A stretch of DNA of 64,000 bases from Chiloscyllium plagiosum (Eukaryota): the NCBI RefSeq assembly GCF_004010195.1, contig NC_057728.1:48394077-48458076 (forward strand). The letters are read 5' to 3'. The notes under the pieces were generated by a model that was not told where the DNA came from, did no database searches, and was given only the letters and a program-made list of their open reading frames with translations. The position numbers and the translations under genes are program-made. Numbering within the stretch: position 1 is the stretch's first letter; each line of letters starts with the position of its first letter. Positions 13,140-27,186 of the stretch are shown here, piece after piece.

Positions 13140-14814
13140 CATGACATTGATGAGGTGCACTATACTCGCTTGATTCTGTCACTGTGATGATGATCAATGA
13201 CTAAGAGTTTAGCAGGTAGGTTTTATACCTTTGAATGCAATTTTGCTGTTGGGTGGATTAATAAAGTCCATTTTAACTCATTCTATATTTTTCATCAATA
13301 TTAGAACTTACGTTCAACTCTTTGGGGACACTATTTAGGTAGCTTAGCAGTAACTGGGCTGTTAATTATTTCACTAAGTACATCTCAGGCACAATGCTGA
13401 GACATCCAAAACTAATCAAAATCATTTCAATTAAGCACTGATGTCAGTCTTTAATGCACTTAGTCTTATTTGGCACAAGTCCCAGCCTCTTTCAGCTAAT
13501 TTCTCATATGTAGATTTCACCTACAGGAGGAACAGTGTTATTGACAGTGGGGGATAGAAAGTACTGAAAGATCAAATACTAAAAAGATCAGTAAGGGCAA
13601 AAATAAACATGTAGAAATATAAAGATACATTCAAAATAATAGTCAAGAATGGAGGAAAGGAGGGATGAAAACAATGTAGCATAAAAGAAAACGTTAAATG
13701 TATAACATATAAATACAATAAAACCTGTCCTCACTCAATGTTCGGTTAACTCTGCTGCTTGCCACAAACCATGCGTTCCCAATTAAGAAGTTTCAACAAT
13801 GTTTCAAATCTTTTTACTTCTGACATCATTACTACTTCTTGTTGTACAGTAAATACCTCATAAGATTACACATCACAATGCAGATACTAGAATTTTGATT
13901 AACAAAATCTGAAAATAGGAAAAGAATGGAACTTGAAATTAATGATTTGGGATCTCATGATTTCATCATGCTTTGCTTATATATATATTCTGAGCACTTT
14001 CTAATTTAATCTAAATTATATTCCATGTAATTAAGTGCTAACAGTGCTTTAACAGAAACAAACACCTAAGCACACTTACATTGGAAACTCATTCCTCATT
14101 TGGAATTAGTTTTAAAAGCTGGAGATACACACATTAACTATTTGTTGAGGGATTCTTTTGTACAAACAGACACATATTTACCGATATCTTCAGAGATAAA
14201 TGATGAAACAAGCTCACACCATCTGAATGAATATTACAGTAATTACTATCGAAAGATGAAACATTTTACTTTTAAACCATGAAATGCAGAAATAGTAGGA
14301 ATGCTTGGCAAAAATCCCTGAACCTATTCTCAAAAGGTCAGGCGAGGTTGGAGAACAGGGAAGGCAGGGGGAAGTGGTAAATGCCAGATGAAACTGCTAA
14401 TGCCTGCTTGATCATGTTTGAAATATACATTTTCTCCATTGGTGGCAGTGCAGCACTCCCTATTGGTGCAAGGATTGGAATGGAATCAGGGAACAATGGA
14501 AATCTGGAACACTCTCCTCAAAAATTCTGAATACTGATTAACTGAAACTACAAAGCTGAACTCAATTGAATTTTTGTTTAAAAGTAAGGCTATCTTGGGA
14601 TATGGATGAATGATGGGTTTGAAAGACAGTTTGAATGGCTTATTCCTGTTCCTATATACAATATAGCTCAGTGTCAGGCAGGGGGATCACTGCTTCTCAA
14701 GGTTGGTAAAAGGAAATTGCAAATACATTTTATGGTTCGTATCAGAGAATAGTTGAATTAATAGAACTACTGGTAAACTGTGCCTCAGTCATTTTAATAT
14801 AAAAAGTTGCTAGT

Positions 14815-15155
14815 GTCCAGGAGGATCATAGGGCTGCTCTCTCAATAGAGATGACTGGTAGCAAGTTTAACCGGAGTGTCACCAGGCCTCAAGCAAGGGG
14901 CAAGGTTAAGGTGGCAGGACCTTTGCTGTGACCTTAGTCAGTATAGGAATCAAATAGTGACATGCTGTCGGTGTCACTCAGTGTTGCCAACCAGCCATCC
15001 AACCTACTGAAATAACAGACCCCCAGATGTAAAATCGCGCAGTCCCAAAAGATTACAGGACTGCTGTCTCATTACACTGACACAACTGGAGATGCATTTA
15101 ATCGGAGGGTCGCCACACCTCAGATGAGCGAGTGAGGTTGAGAAGGCAGGGCCTT
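14815..15155 (-). mobile_element. Two adjacent copies (one full, one partial) of a further tRNA-derived SINE family
   Basis: 14818-14935 resembles 15042-15155; degenerate A/B-box-like head on the minus strand near 15020. Confidence 0.6.
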
Positions 15156-15164
15156 AACATACAA

Positions 15165-16320
15165 ACGTAGGAAATAGCATTAGGTTATTCGTCCCTTCGA
15201 GGTTGTTCTGCCATTCATTACGATCATGGTGATCGCCCAACTCAACGTCCTCTAGATGCAAGTGCAATATCTAACCCCCTTCTTGAGATCATATGATATT
15301 TTGGCCTATGGTATGTGTTATCAAATTCCACGGGCTCACCATTCTCCAGCTGAAGCCATTTCTCCTTACCCCAGTGCTAAATGGTTTATCCTTAAGACTG
15401 GTACCTCCAACTCTGGATTCACCTGCCATCAGAACATCCTTCTTGCATCTACCAATCTCATAAACCTTCACTGTAGTCCTTCTACAGCAAAACCATGTTG
15501 CCTGACCTGCTGTGTTTTTCCAGTGCCACCCTTTTCAACGCTGATCTCCAGCATCTGCAGCCCTCACTTTCTCCTAGAGAAAAAAATAACCTTGCTCAGA
15601 GGAGGAGACCAAATGTACACAATATTCCATGAGTGGTCTCACCAAGGCCCTGTACAATTGCAGCAAGACATCTCTCTGCACCTGAATCCTCTTGCTATGA
15701 AGGCCAACGTTTGCTTTCTTTACTGCCTGCTGCACCTGCATGCTTACCTTCAGCGAATAGTGTACAAAGACATCCAGGTCTATGACAATTTATGGTCTTT
15801 CAGTCCTGCTTGCTTTTGCTACCAAAGTGGATAACCACACATTTATCTACATTACACTCTATCCAGATTTACATGCTCTCTCACTCAGCTTGTCCAAATC
15901 ACACTGAAGCATCTGTGCATCCTGCTCAAAGCTCACCCTCCCATCCAGCTTTGTCTCATCTGCAAATTTGGAGATATTACATTCAGTTCCCTCATCTAAA
16001 ACACTAATATATACTGTGAACAGCTGGGGTCCTAGCACTAACCTTTGTAGTATCCCATTAGTTACCGCCTGCGATTAAAAAAAAAGACCCATTTATTCAT
16101 TTGTTTCATCTGCCAACCAGTTTTCTATCCATCTCAATTCACTAACCCTAATCCCATTGGTTTAATTTTACACACTTATTACTTCTGTAAGACTTTGTTG
16201 ACACGGTCCTGAAAGTCCAAATAAACCACATCCACTGGGTCTACTAGTTACATCCTCAAAAGAATTTCAGTAGATTTGTAAAGCATGATTCCCCTTTTGT
16301 AAATCAGTGCTAATTCTATC
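15165..16320 (-). mobile_element. Degraded CR1-type LINE 3' portion with a nested PLE tail fragment (about 15495-15576)
   Basis: Minus-strand RT remnants (ggccttggtgagaccact, aaatttgcagatga) and a CR1-type 3' UTR. Confidence 0.75.
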
Positions 16321-19300
16321 CAATCCTGGATCTAAGTACAACTGCAACACTCCCTAGCTGAAAGAGGTTATAATATAACAAAATTTAGAAAAATATTGCC
16401 AACAAATAAAATTAATGCTTCTTTATAGAAGAAACATAAGGAATGACATATGGGACAAGAATTGTTTGATGTATCAAATACGAAAATGTCATGCAGAAAA
16501 CAGACAAGTTAGAAGAAAATTCTAAGATTACATGTCACTATTCAAAATTAACTGGACTTACAAAATTTAGGATGCTATCAGATTATAGTAAGTAGACAAA
16601 TGTGTGTGATCTTTTACTAAGGAAATTTTAAACTGTAAAGAAAATGTTCACAGACTTGCTCCCAAGATCCAAAATCCTGATTTTTTTGTGGAGGCACTCA
16701 GCAAAGCCTGACTACTTACCATTCTCAATTAAAATCAAAACAGTGTGGATTCTAGAAATCTAAAATTTAAACAAAGTGCTGAAAATAATCAGCAGGAATG
16801 CAAGTATCTGCGGACAGAGAAGCTGACTTATTTTTGCCAGCCAAGTATTGCTGTTTCTCAGAACAAAAACATCATGTTTCACTTGAAATGTTAATCTCTT
16901 CCAATAACATTCCCCAGTAATGAGATATCAGAGAGCCATTCCAGGTCATTTCTATGCACATTCTAATAATGACGCATACAACACCTTTTAAAGATATCTG
17001 GAAGTTAATTCTCTGGTCTGCAGAAAGGGTTCAACATTGGAAGACCAAAGAAAAGTAACTACAATCTTTAACAACATGACACTATCTTAAAAGATCATCA
17101 AAGCAAGCAGCATAATAAGTTCAAATAACAACAGAATGAAAAACAAGAGAATAGAAGGGTGAAATTGAAAAAATGGGTTAAAATGTGTCATAAAGGGGAA
17201 TGTTGGACTATTGGAACATTCTTATTGCCCTAATATGCCATTTGAAATTTAATCAATATGTGTTGATTTTCCAGTAAGTATACTGCACTAATCCAAGTGT
17301 TAACCCAATACCAAGGCTCATTTAAAATTTCTAATAGGATGGAGTCTATTCTTCTTGTCAGTTTCCACAAATCTTCATCCTTGTAAATATCCTGCTGTAT
17401 TCTTTTAAATTATGTGGTGTAAAAACTAAGCCTATCCCTTTGTTTCAAATGAATGCAAAAGAAAAATTTGCATAACTTTCCTTCCAACTTCCCTTATTAC
17501 GAAATGATTTAATCCTTAATAACGAAGGCTACACCTACCCCTTCACTATTGTCTCTATTCTTCCTGTAGACTTTATAATCTGATCTGTAAAGTTTCTAAT
17601 CCTTACTGTCTTGCAGCCATGTTTCAGCAATGTCACATCCTTAAAGTTGAATGTGTGTCTGCAAATCATTCAATTTGTTCCTCACACACTCCTATTTCTG
17701 TAAAGAATTTTTTAGGGTCACAACTCTAGAGTCTTTTAGTTTATAAGGCTTTTCTCACATGTTTTATTGTTCTCTCCTGATTAAATCACATCACATCGAT
17801 TAGTTTTCTCTATATACCTGGAGTGTCAAACACCGTTTCTAACTTACTTTATGCTCTTTCATTTTGTTTGTTTTAATCCATTATTTATACTACCTTTTTG
17901 AGCGAAACTTTGATCCCAAAATTTATTTGTTTAAATTTATTGTGATTACTTTATTTATCTTTTCCTTCCCTCCTTGGACCATTTCCTTCTGTCTCATTAA
18001 CTAGAACTCCTCTTTCCTATACCACATTTTCAGACAAAGGTTTATTTCCGTAATCTATCTATCCCTATACCAATTTGCACATGACACAGATCATAGTCAA
18101 GAGATTATAACTCTTTCAAGATCTTGCTCTAATTTAAAGCCTAAGTCTTGGTGTTCTCCAAACAGAAGGTTCTTTTGTCTATTTTTCCCCATCTTTTTGG
18201 TACCCATCTGCTACGGTATGCGTTCTGGCTGTCCTTGTGACAGTTTTCATCCTTACCCTTTGGGAAACATGTACATTGTATTTTTTGATTCAAATCAGTT
18301 CATGACTTTCCTCGCTCTCCATTTTGTCCTGGGATCTCCTTTTATGATCAGAGCCATGTTTTAAATTGAAACTTTTCTGCAAAGTGTGACTAAAGTCTGT
18401 GTTTACCTGAAAATAGAATCTTAGTAGCTACTGTGGTATGGTGATATTTTCAGCGATGCAGTATTTTGAAGGCTAGAATCAAACGAGAATTAATAATAAA
18501 TATAGCTGGTTTATAACCGGTCAAGAAATACAGGGGCAACTTTGTGTACTATCGTCGTGGTCTCCAACATTCAGATCGCGATTGACTGGCTAATTGCAGA
18601 GTTTCAGACTGTTGATTTCACTGCATGCCCAAATTTCTTCACCACATATATCAACTGTCATGTCACTGCATGATTTTGCTTCTGGACGCCAGAGACAAGT
18701 GCATATTCTTTACAGGCTTTACATGCCAGTATGGTGCATTGTATTTCAGTTTGGTCAGGTGGACTAACATTACAGGGTGAAGTTAGTTTTATGGTGGCAA
18801 TGCCAACCAAAGTACAAGAGTTATATGAGGAGCTGTTGTTTGAAGCCAGTATACAGAAATAGAAACACAGGAGGCTATGCAGTCCATCATATCCATGCAG
18901 ACCCTCTACAAGAGCAGCCAGCTAGCCCTGCTCCTCATTCTCTGTCGACCTAGTGTTTTTTCCTTCAGTTATATATTTAATAGGTGTATGCAGGAAAAAA
19001 AAAAGGGAATGTGGCACACCCACATCCAATATCAGAGCAACATTCGTTGACCGGGGCCAGAAACAAAATGCAGCCATAGCAGTGACCTCCATGCTCCAAC
19101 ACTCAATGTTCCAGAGGCACAGGTCGAAAGGCCTACCAGTAGCACAATGATGTCACAAATTCCAAGGTCAAGTAATAATGAGTAAAGGACCTGGATCACC
19201 AAAAAGAAATCAAAAATGTACAAATTCTACACAGAATGGGAAACTGTATTTCTGCTCACAATTGGGAAGGGATAACCTTGTGGTATTATCACCAGACTAT

Positions 19301-20932
19301 TAATCCAGACAGCCAAGTAATGTTCAAGCAACCCAGCTTCTAGATTCTAACGATGACCATGAAACCACTGCCAATTGTCAGGAAAAATTCATCTGGTGCA
19401 CTAACGCCCTTTAGGGAAAGAAATCGGTTACCCTTATCCTGGACTGAACCACATGTGACTCCAGACCCTCAACAATGCTTTGAACAAAAACGTTGACAAG
19501 CTGAAGGCAATTTTGAAAGCTCAATAGTAATTTTATTTTTCTAAAAAAGTAACAAAAGACAAGGCCAGCACTGAAACAACATTTCGCATTTACCATTTTC
19601 TGGAACAAGAAGTCAATCACAGATGGTGAAGTGATTAAAAGAACAAAATTAAAGAGGGATTGTTGCCGCTGATTCTTTATTCAAAGACTTTAGAACAAAG
19701 AAGAAGTAATAATGGCAATCAAGAGCATGTTGCTCAGTTCTTTCACAATAGCAGGATGAGTGGAATCATTGTCTGAAGAAGTCATCTTTCAGGAACTACA
19801 ATAGAACTTGAAGGACTAGGAATGTTTCTTAATGCAATTTGATAAATCCAATCCTAGGCCCATCTGATCAAGGTCCTGTTGTACTGAGATAATCTTTTTC
19901 ACTGTCCACCACACCACCAATTTTGGTGTCAATGCAAACTTCCTAACCATTCCTCCTATATGTCATACTCAAAGAGTGGCCAACCTAAATTTGCAGCATA
20001 GAAATACATACAGATGATTGACATTTTGTTAAGATATGTCCATTAGGTAAGATTAAATATACAGGAAATATAATTCTCAACACCCTGATGCAATGCTAGA
20101 AAAAGAAATGACTTTCCCAATAAAACTAACTTTATCAAAACTAGCTAATTTCATTTAAAAGAGAAACTGATGTGTACAATATTCCTTTCACACAGGTACC
20201 AAAATTACATCATAAACTAGCTGCGCCATTACTGAGTATCAAGCCCTCATCCATTATCACGTGATATTTTGTTTCAGACTTGAATTTGAAGTACACCCTG
20301 ACATGCACAAGTATACTGATTGTACAAGAATGAACTTCATTTGGCAGCCAAATAGAAAATGTACACATTTAAAACATTCTCTCTCACTTATTTTAAAATC
20401 CTAGGAACACCCATGATTATTTTGCGAATAATGTAATAAATTGAGCAAAAGTGACCACTGGAAAAAACAGAATCATGGATTAGTCATGACATACATGGAT
20501 ATGAATCATTTAATTCAGTTGGAGTGGCAATTAGGCAACATCACTAGCTAACTTAATGGGTTTAGCGAAGGTTTGGGAGAAGCCATACATAGCATGGCGT
20601 TCAAAATATATAGTAATGCTTATTGGCAAAGATACATGTAAAGAGGTAAGAGTAAGAATACTTCATCTTACATTCAACAATATATTAATGAAGTACAATT
20701 TAACAGAGTTTGAAAAAATGTTAATTATTAGATGTGCTATACTTAATTTGAATGATAATTTGTTCAGACCCATTCTCTGTGCAAACACTGTACAGTCCTC
20801 TGAGGAAAGAAAACACCACCTTCCTACAATGTCATATGTTTTCTTTCTTTTGGGGGCAAACCATATGACTTTGCTCTTCATATGTTAAAATGAAGGCTCA
20901 CATAGCATTGTCTGAATACCAACGAAAATTTG

Positions 20933-21097
20933 AGCTGAAAATGTGTTGCTGGAAAAGCGCAGCAGGTCAGGCAGCATCCAAGGAGCAGGAGAATCGACAT
21001 TTCGGGCATGAGCCCTTCTTCCTGCCTGACCTGCTGCGCTTTTCCACCAACACATTTTCAGCTCTGGTCTCCAGCATTTGCAGTCCTCACTTTCTCC
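20933..21097. mobile_element. Palindromic PLE-derived mini-element with 16-bp target-site duplication and truncated hammerhead
   Basis: taccaacgaaaatttg at 20917-20932 and 21098-21113; about 43-bp inverted arms with one mismatch. Confidence 0.9.
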
Positions 21098-21919
21098 TAC
21101 CAACGAAAATTTGCCAGGATGTCAGCAGATGACCAATGAGGGATCTTCTGCCTTCTCAATACATTAGGGCACAAGGTTTGTGCCTGTCATTTTAATAGCA
21201 ACTAGCCTAATACCTACTCTAATAATTATAATGAAAAATACATCTGAAATTTAACACAGAAAATTAGAAGCCAGGATCTTATGATACTAGTGTCAGTGTT
21301 CTGTGTCATTATTACTCTAAAACCAATAGCTTCCCTGGAGTCAGCATATATTCAGTTAAATACGGAAATCCAGAGATTGCTGTCAGTGATTCTCCAGTTG
21401 GCATACAATTAAGATTCCACCAACTTCAATCAAATGGAAATCAATGACTTGATGAGAACTTCCACTTCGTCACAGATTTGCCTAAAAACCATTGGAAAAC
21501 CTTGATGAGGTGTAACTGGACTTAATTTCATGCTAAATTCATTATCACTACTAAATAGTTTCTCAGTCCTTGAACTTCCTTTATATTTTTGAATGTCATG
21601 TTTCTTCATAAAAAATTGCAAGTAGCTAATGGTATTTTAGCTCCTAACTTAGATATTTGAAAACTATTTACTCCACTATCATGTTAAATTTATCCTTTCA
21701 CAGGACGCAGAAGTTTCTGTCCCCCAGTTTGCTGCTTTACTTGGCTACCATAGCATGGCTTGTTTAAATGACTGACTACTCAAATTGAAGCTAGAAAATA
21801 TGCATTGACAGACCACTTGCAATATCAAGCTATTGTCTGTTGAAGTAGAAAGACCTGTGAAGTATCATAGAATTCTAAACCAAAAGTGAGGCAAAAATGT
21901 TGCTACAGTATCATATCTA

Positions 21920-22092
21920 AAATTAAAAATCACACAACACCAGGTTATAGTCCAACAGGTTTATTTCGAAGCACTAGCTTTCGGAGCACTACTCCATCAA
22001 AAGCTAGTGCTTCCAACTAAACCATGTTGGACTACAACCTGATGTGTGATGTTTAACCTTGTCCAACCTGGTCCAACACCTGCACCTCCAGT
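21920..22092. mobile_element. Palindromic PLE-derived mini-element (second family)
   Basis: caggttatagtccaaca...gaagcactagcttt arm and aaagctagtgcttc...tgttggactacaacctg arm; hammerhead remnant at the junction. Confidence 0.82.
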
Positions 22093-22299
22093 CGCATCAA
22101 AAATTAGTTATTTCTGATGCTCACCATAGTAAAAATTTCAGAAAATTATTCAGAACATTCCTATCAAGGTTTAGGTATATACAACACATGGACAACCTTA
22201 AATAGAATAAACATATTCGCATTCTAAAGTTCAGGACTTTTAGAATTGTAATGCTATAAGTTACATGGCGTAAAGATATGAAACTGATTTTCAAGAAAG

Positions 22300-22720
22300 A
22301 AAAAATGCATTTGTAGTTAACTGGATGCCTTCACAATTTAAGATTGGCAACTAGGGTAAGCTCTTCACTATCATCTCAATTACTATTGTAATTTAAAGAA
22401 ATGCAGCAGCCAATTTCACACAAGATCTCACATAAAACAGCAGTGCACTATATGAAAAATTAATCGGTCTCAGAAAATGTTTCTCGGACAACTATTAATC
22501 GGACAAGGGGGAAACGCCTCTATTTGAATTGTGTCAATGGCTCTTCTGAGAATTATGAGGAGGGCCAGATACTACATCCAAAAGTCAGCCCCTACAAAAA
22601 TGCAGCATCCTCTCAATCATGCAATAAAATTGCCAAATGGATTCAGCAGTGAAGTCTTTGGATCGGAACTTGTATCCAGAATCAAGTCAGGGATGTGAAT
22701 ACTATCACTGACCCTATGCT
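22300..22720 (-). mobile_element. Ancient Deu-SINE (SacSINE1/AmnSINE-like) remnant
   Basis: aaatgcagcagccaattt...cacaagatctcaca Deu-domain-like motif, shared with 31790-32150. Confidence 0.55.
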
Positions 22721-23837
22721 GAACTGCAAAACCATGAAATTAATCTATAAATTAATCTTATAAATTATTCTGTATAGAAGCCTGACTGAAGCATATGATT
22801 ACCTTCAGAACTGTACAAATATGCCTTACTGACTCCAAGGTGAAAGTTTGAACTTTTGGATATCGTTACCTCACACATAACTGTGAACAACCTTTGGTGA
22901 TCAAACTGACCAACAAAGAGACATAAATAAGCCTCAGAGGTAAATATGTGAACTTATTTGCTGATGGGGCTTTTGGAAAAGCCCTGACCTCTGAAAAGGA
23001 ATGCTAAAATAACATTCTGCAATTATAACATTTGTCTCCAATATAAAAGCAAGGTCAATTTCCTGCGGTACTCCCCATGTGACAACATGCTGCAAATTTT
23101 GAATACTAGTCAGCCTCATGGACATTGTGCTATAAGACCATGGACACGTTGGTTATTTTGAACAATTCCTTCAAGAAATTAACATTGCTCCACAAGTCCA
23201 TGAATAGATCCCAATTACAGAATAAAAATAAAATCCACACCTTGTCAAGATTGGAAGCACTAGATTATTCATCTCTCCTATTGATTTTCCATGTCTTTGG
23301 TGGTGATTGACAGAACATGGCTAGTAATACAATTCCTTTTATTTGATATTACACACATTTGAAAGGGGAATCATATTCAAAAATGGCTGTCCTGATCAAA
23401 CAGTCAGGTTTTGCTATTTGCCCGGAGAATGGTACAAATCTGTCCCCTTGGTGGGCCATCTGTTTCTCTTCATATGGATCAGAAGCATTTTGTCAGGGAA
23501 CTGTGTTAATAATAAAAACAAAATAACTGTCAAGTACCAACTGGAGAAGATCATGTATCACCACCTCAAAAGTCTCAATTCACTGATTTAACACTCATTG
23601 TGTGCACAACGTTGCAGTTTTAGTCCTAGAATTCTTAACACTTTAAATATTTAAAAATAAAACTGGTTCATTTGTTGCACCATGCACTCCATTCCAAACT
23701 GCTGCATGGTTGTGCACCCACAGAGCTAGAGGGGACATTATTCAACATATTCATGATGACACTCTTTAAACTGGGAGTCTTGCTATTAGCAATTCTACCA
23801 AAAAAAAGGTTTTGAAAAAAGATAAATCAAGATACAC

Positions 23838-24570
23838 TTAATGGTAAGGTCCTGGAGTGTTGCTGAACAAAGAGACCTTGGAGTGCAGGTTCATAGCTCC
23901 TTGAAAGTGGAGTCGCAGGTAAATAGGATAGTGAAGAAGGTGTTTGGTATGCTTTCTTTTATTGGTCAGAGTACTGAGTACAGGAGTTGGAGGTCATGTT
24001 GCGGCTGTACCAGGACATTGGCTAGGCCACTGTTGGAATATTGCGTGCAATTCTGGTCTCCTTCCTATCGGAAAGATGTTGTGAAACTTGAAAGGGTGCA
24101 GAAAAGATTTACAAGGATGTTGACAGGGTTGGAGGATTTGAGCTACAGGGAGAGGCTGAACAGGCTGGGGCTGTTTTCCCTGAAGCGTCGGAGGTTAAGG
24201 GGTGACCTGATAGAGGTTTACAAAATTATGAGGGGCATGGATAGGGTAAATAGGCAAAGTCTTGTCCCTGGGGTCGGGGAGTCCAGAACTAGAGGGCATC
24301 GGCTTAGGGTGAGAGGAAAGATATAAAAGAGACCTAAGGGGCAACGTTTTCACACAGAGGGTGGTATGAGTATGGAATGAGCGGCCAGAGGAATGGTAGA
24401 GGATAGTACAATTGCAACATTTAAAAGGCATTTGGATGGGTATAGGAATAGGAAGGGTTTGGAGGGATATAGGCCAGGAGGGATTAGATTGGGTTGGGAT
24501 ATCTGGTCGGCATGGACGGGTTGGACCGAAGGGTCTGTTTCCATGCTGTACATCTCTATGAGTCTATCTA
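23838..24570 (+). mobile_element. CR1/HER1-type LINE 3' fragment
   Basis: ORF 23841..24326 (RPLLEYCVQFWSP, LRGDLIEVYKIM); 3' tail catctctatgagtctat. Confidence 0.92.
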
Positions 24571-25224
24571 ATTTGTAACTGATGTTTTTAAATAGCTTTG
24601 TTTAACTAGTAAATGCCAATCATATCATGGAGGCAAAACGACTAGAAGAGTTCCAGAACCTAATAATGTAAACAAACAAAAAGCAACAATACTTGCGGCC
24701 TTTCAGAAATCATAGTACTTCAGGGCAGTGAAGAGTTCAGTTAGATTCCACATGTTGGGTTGGATTTTACAGATTGCCATGGTCCACGCAGCTTGAATTT
24801 AAATACTCTGATGGAAGCATACCCATAATCACAATAGCTGCATCAAAGCAATCTAATCCTAGAAAGAAGCCCCAGAGAGACGAGGCAATCTAATGGCCGA
24901 CAACTCTCTATCCCAGTAGTGCCAGCCAAGATCTGGGGCTACAGGCAGACCCCACCACATCAAGGATACTAGGTAAGCCTGGGCTATAAGGCAGGTTCAA
25001 GAGGTCAGGATGAGGGTAAAAACATAGGTTTGGCCAAATGGGTAGTGTTCCTCCAGTGGGCCCAAAGAGATCTGTAAGGGAGGTTCCCACCTTTTCCTAA
25101 CACCAGCACATGTAGCCAAAGCTTGCAGGCTTCCCACACAATGATCGTCTTCCCCTGCCTGCGGGTATAAGACTAATTGGGATGGAATGATGTGACATAC
25201 TGATAAAATCAATGGTTGAGTACC

Positions 25225-25550
25225 CAAAGGCCCAGGCTAATGTTGTGAAACCACAGACTTAAATGCCAACATGACAGATGGGGGAAGCTTGAATTTAGGT
25301 AACAAAACATGGAATTGAAAGCTAGTCTCAGTCTTGTATTCATCATTTATTGTAAAAATATATCTGTTTCATTACTGTCCTTGAAGGAAGAGAATCTGCT
25401 GCCCTTATCTGGGCTGACCTGCATGGGACTTCATACCAACAGCAATGATATGGCATCACTTAGCCTCTGAGTTCAAGGGCAATTAGAAATCGGTAAGAAA
25501 TACTGGGCCTTGCCAGCAAAATCTATATTCCATGGAAGAATAAAGAAAAT
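25225..25550 (+). mobile_element. Bipartite SINE copy, 5'-eroded
   Basis: Same body and gggcaattag...gccagc tail as 32618-32970. Confidence 0.65.
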
Positions 25551-26514
25551 TATTTTTTAAAAAAGGTAAGTGGCCAATAATTGGCTACTTAAATGTCTTA
25601 ATATGCACAAGGATGAGCTCTGCAAAATTTGGGGCTTGGATGGCCACCTGCTGGAATTTACATGCTCCACCCGTTTTCAAACCCATCGATAGAGTGCATA
25701 AAATCCAGGCTATGGACTCACCAAATCCTTAACTTTTAAAATGATTATTTATTGTCGAGAAATGGGTCACTGGCAAAGCTAGCAAATAGCATCCACTCCT
25801 AATGCTTCAAGTAGGTGATGAACTATCTTCTTGAACCAGTGTCGTCCAAATTATTAAAATGCACTGCAACATTCTTAAGTAGAACGTTTCTGGATTTTTG
25901 GCATTGACAAAATACATCCAAGTCAAGAGGAAGCATAAATTGGAAGATGGTATGTTTGCATGGACTTGCTGACCTTCTCCTTTAGACAGGGGAAGACTTT
26001 GGGCAAGAGGAGATGAGTTCTAATTCACTTCCTATCTCACCGAGATATGTTCACCATCTACAAGGCACAAGTCAAGAATGTTATAGAATGCTCTCCAAGT
26101 GTCTTCATGAGTCCTCTTCTCACAACTCAAGATGATCAACAGCATTCAATGCAAAACAGCATGCCTGATCAGCACTCTAAAATCCACAGTAAACTTAGAT
26201 TTCCTCCACAAACAGTGCTCAGCAATTTGCTAAGGCTCCTTTAACAATGTGTTCCAAACTTGTGACCGTCACCACCGAGGACAACAGAGACAGGAATACC
26301 TCCACCTGCAAGATCTCCTCTAAGGCACAGACCTTATAACTTGGAACTATATTTCTATGCCTTCACTATAGTGGAGTCAAAATCCTAGACAATAAAAAAA
26401 ATTACTTTGCATAGTTTCTTTGAGTGTTTATGAACTGCACCTATCCAGTCTGATGGAGAGTATTTCATCATAATCCTGACTTGTGCCTTCTACATGGTGG
26501 ACAGTTTAGGGAGT

Positions 26515-26870
26515 CCGAGGCTGAAGAATGACCTTATAGACATTTCAAAAATAATGAGGGGCATGGATAGGGTAAATAGACAAGCTATTTTCCCTAGGGT
26601 AAGGTAAACCATAACTAGAGGGTAATAGTTTAGGTTGGAGGGGGTCAGTTCTAAAACGGACCTAAGGGGCAATATTTTCATGCAGAGGGTGGTGTATCAG
26701 GAATGAGTTGCCAGACGAAGTGGTGGAGGCTGGTACAATTATGACATTTAAAAGGCATCTGGATAGGTAAATGCTGGCAGATGGGACTAGATTAGGTTAG
26801 GATACCTGGTCAGCATGGACGAATTGGACCAAAGGGTCTGTTTCTGTGCTGTACATCTCTATGAATCTAG
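26515..26870 (+). mobile_element. CR1/HER1-type LINE 3' end
   Basis: Similar to 24190-24570. Confidence 0.85.
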
Positions 26871-27099
26871 TTTGCCATTAAGCTGAAACTCTGCACAATA
26901 ATTAGCTGGTAACAGTGTAGTAGGCATTTAGTTAACTCATTCAGTTGATTGTTTGGTCAGCAGTGACACCTATGATGTTGATGGCAAAGGACTTGATAAT
27001 GGTGTTGTGTTGTCAAGCCCTGTAAATGTTAAGGTGCATGATGTAGTCGATTGCTTCTGGATATTAGATGAAACAAACTAAACTGACTGAAGACTCCTA

Positions 27100-27186
27100 A
27101 AGTAGAGTGTGTGATGCTGGAAAAGCAGAGCAGGTCAGGCAGCATCCGAGCAGCAGGAAAATCGACGTTTTGGGCAAAAACCCTCT
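27100..27186 (-). mobile_element. PLE pLTR fragment with truncated, mutated hammerhead
   Basis: Minus strand reads agggtttttgcccAAAAcgtcgatt followed by the shared cctgctgctcggatgctgcctgacctg tail. Confidence 0.75.

Noticed and set aside
15256..15834. 192-aa plus-strand ORF (likewise 36040..36585 and 32155..32649)
   Set aside because: Antisense or chimeric readings of decayed LINE and PLE fragments with no coherent protein features
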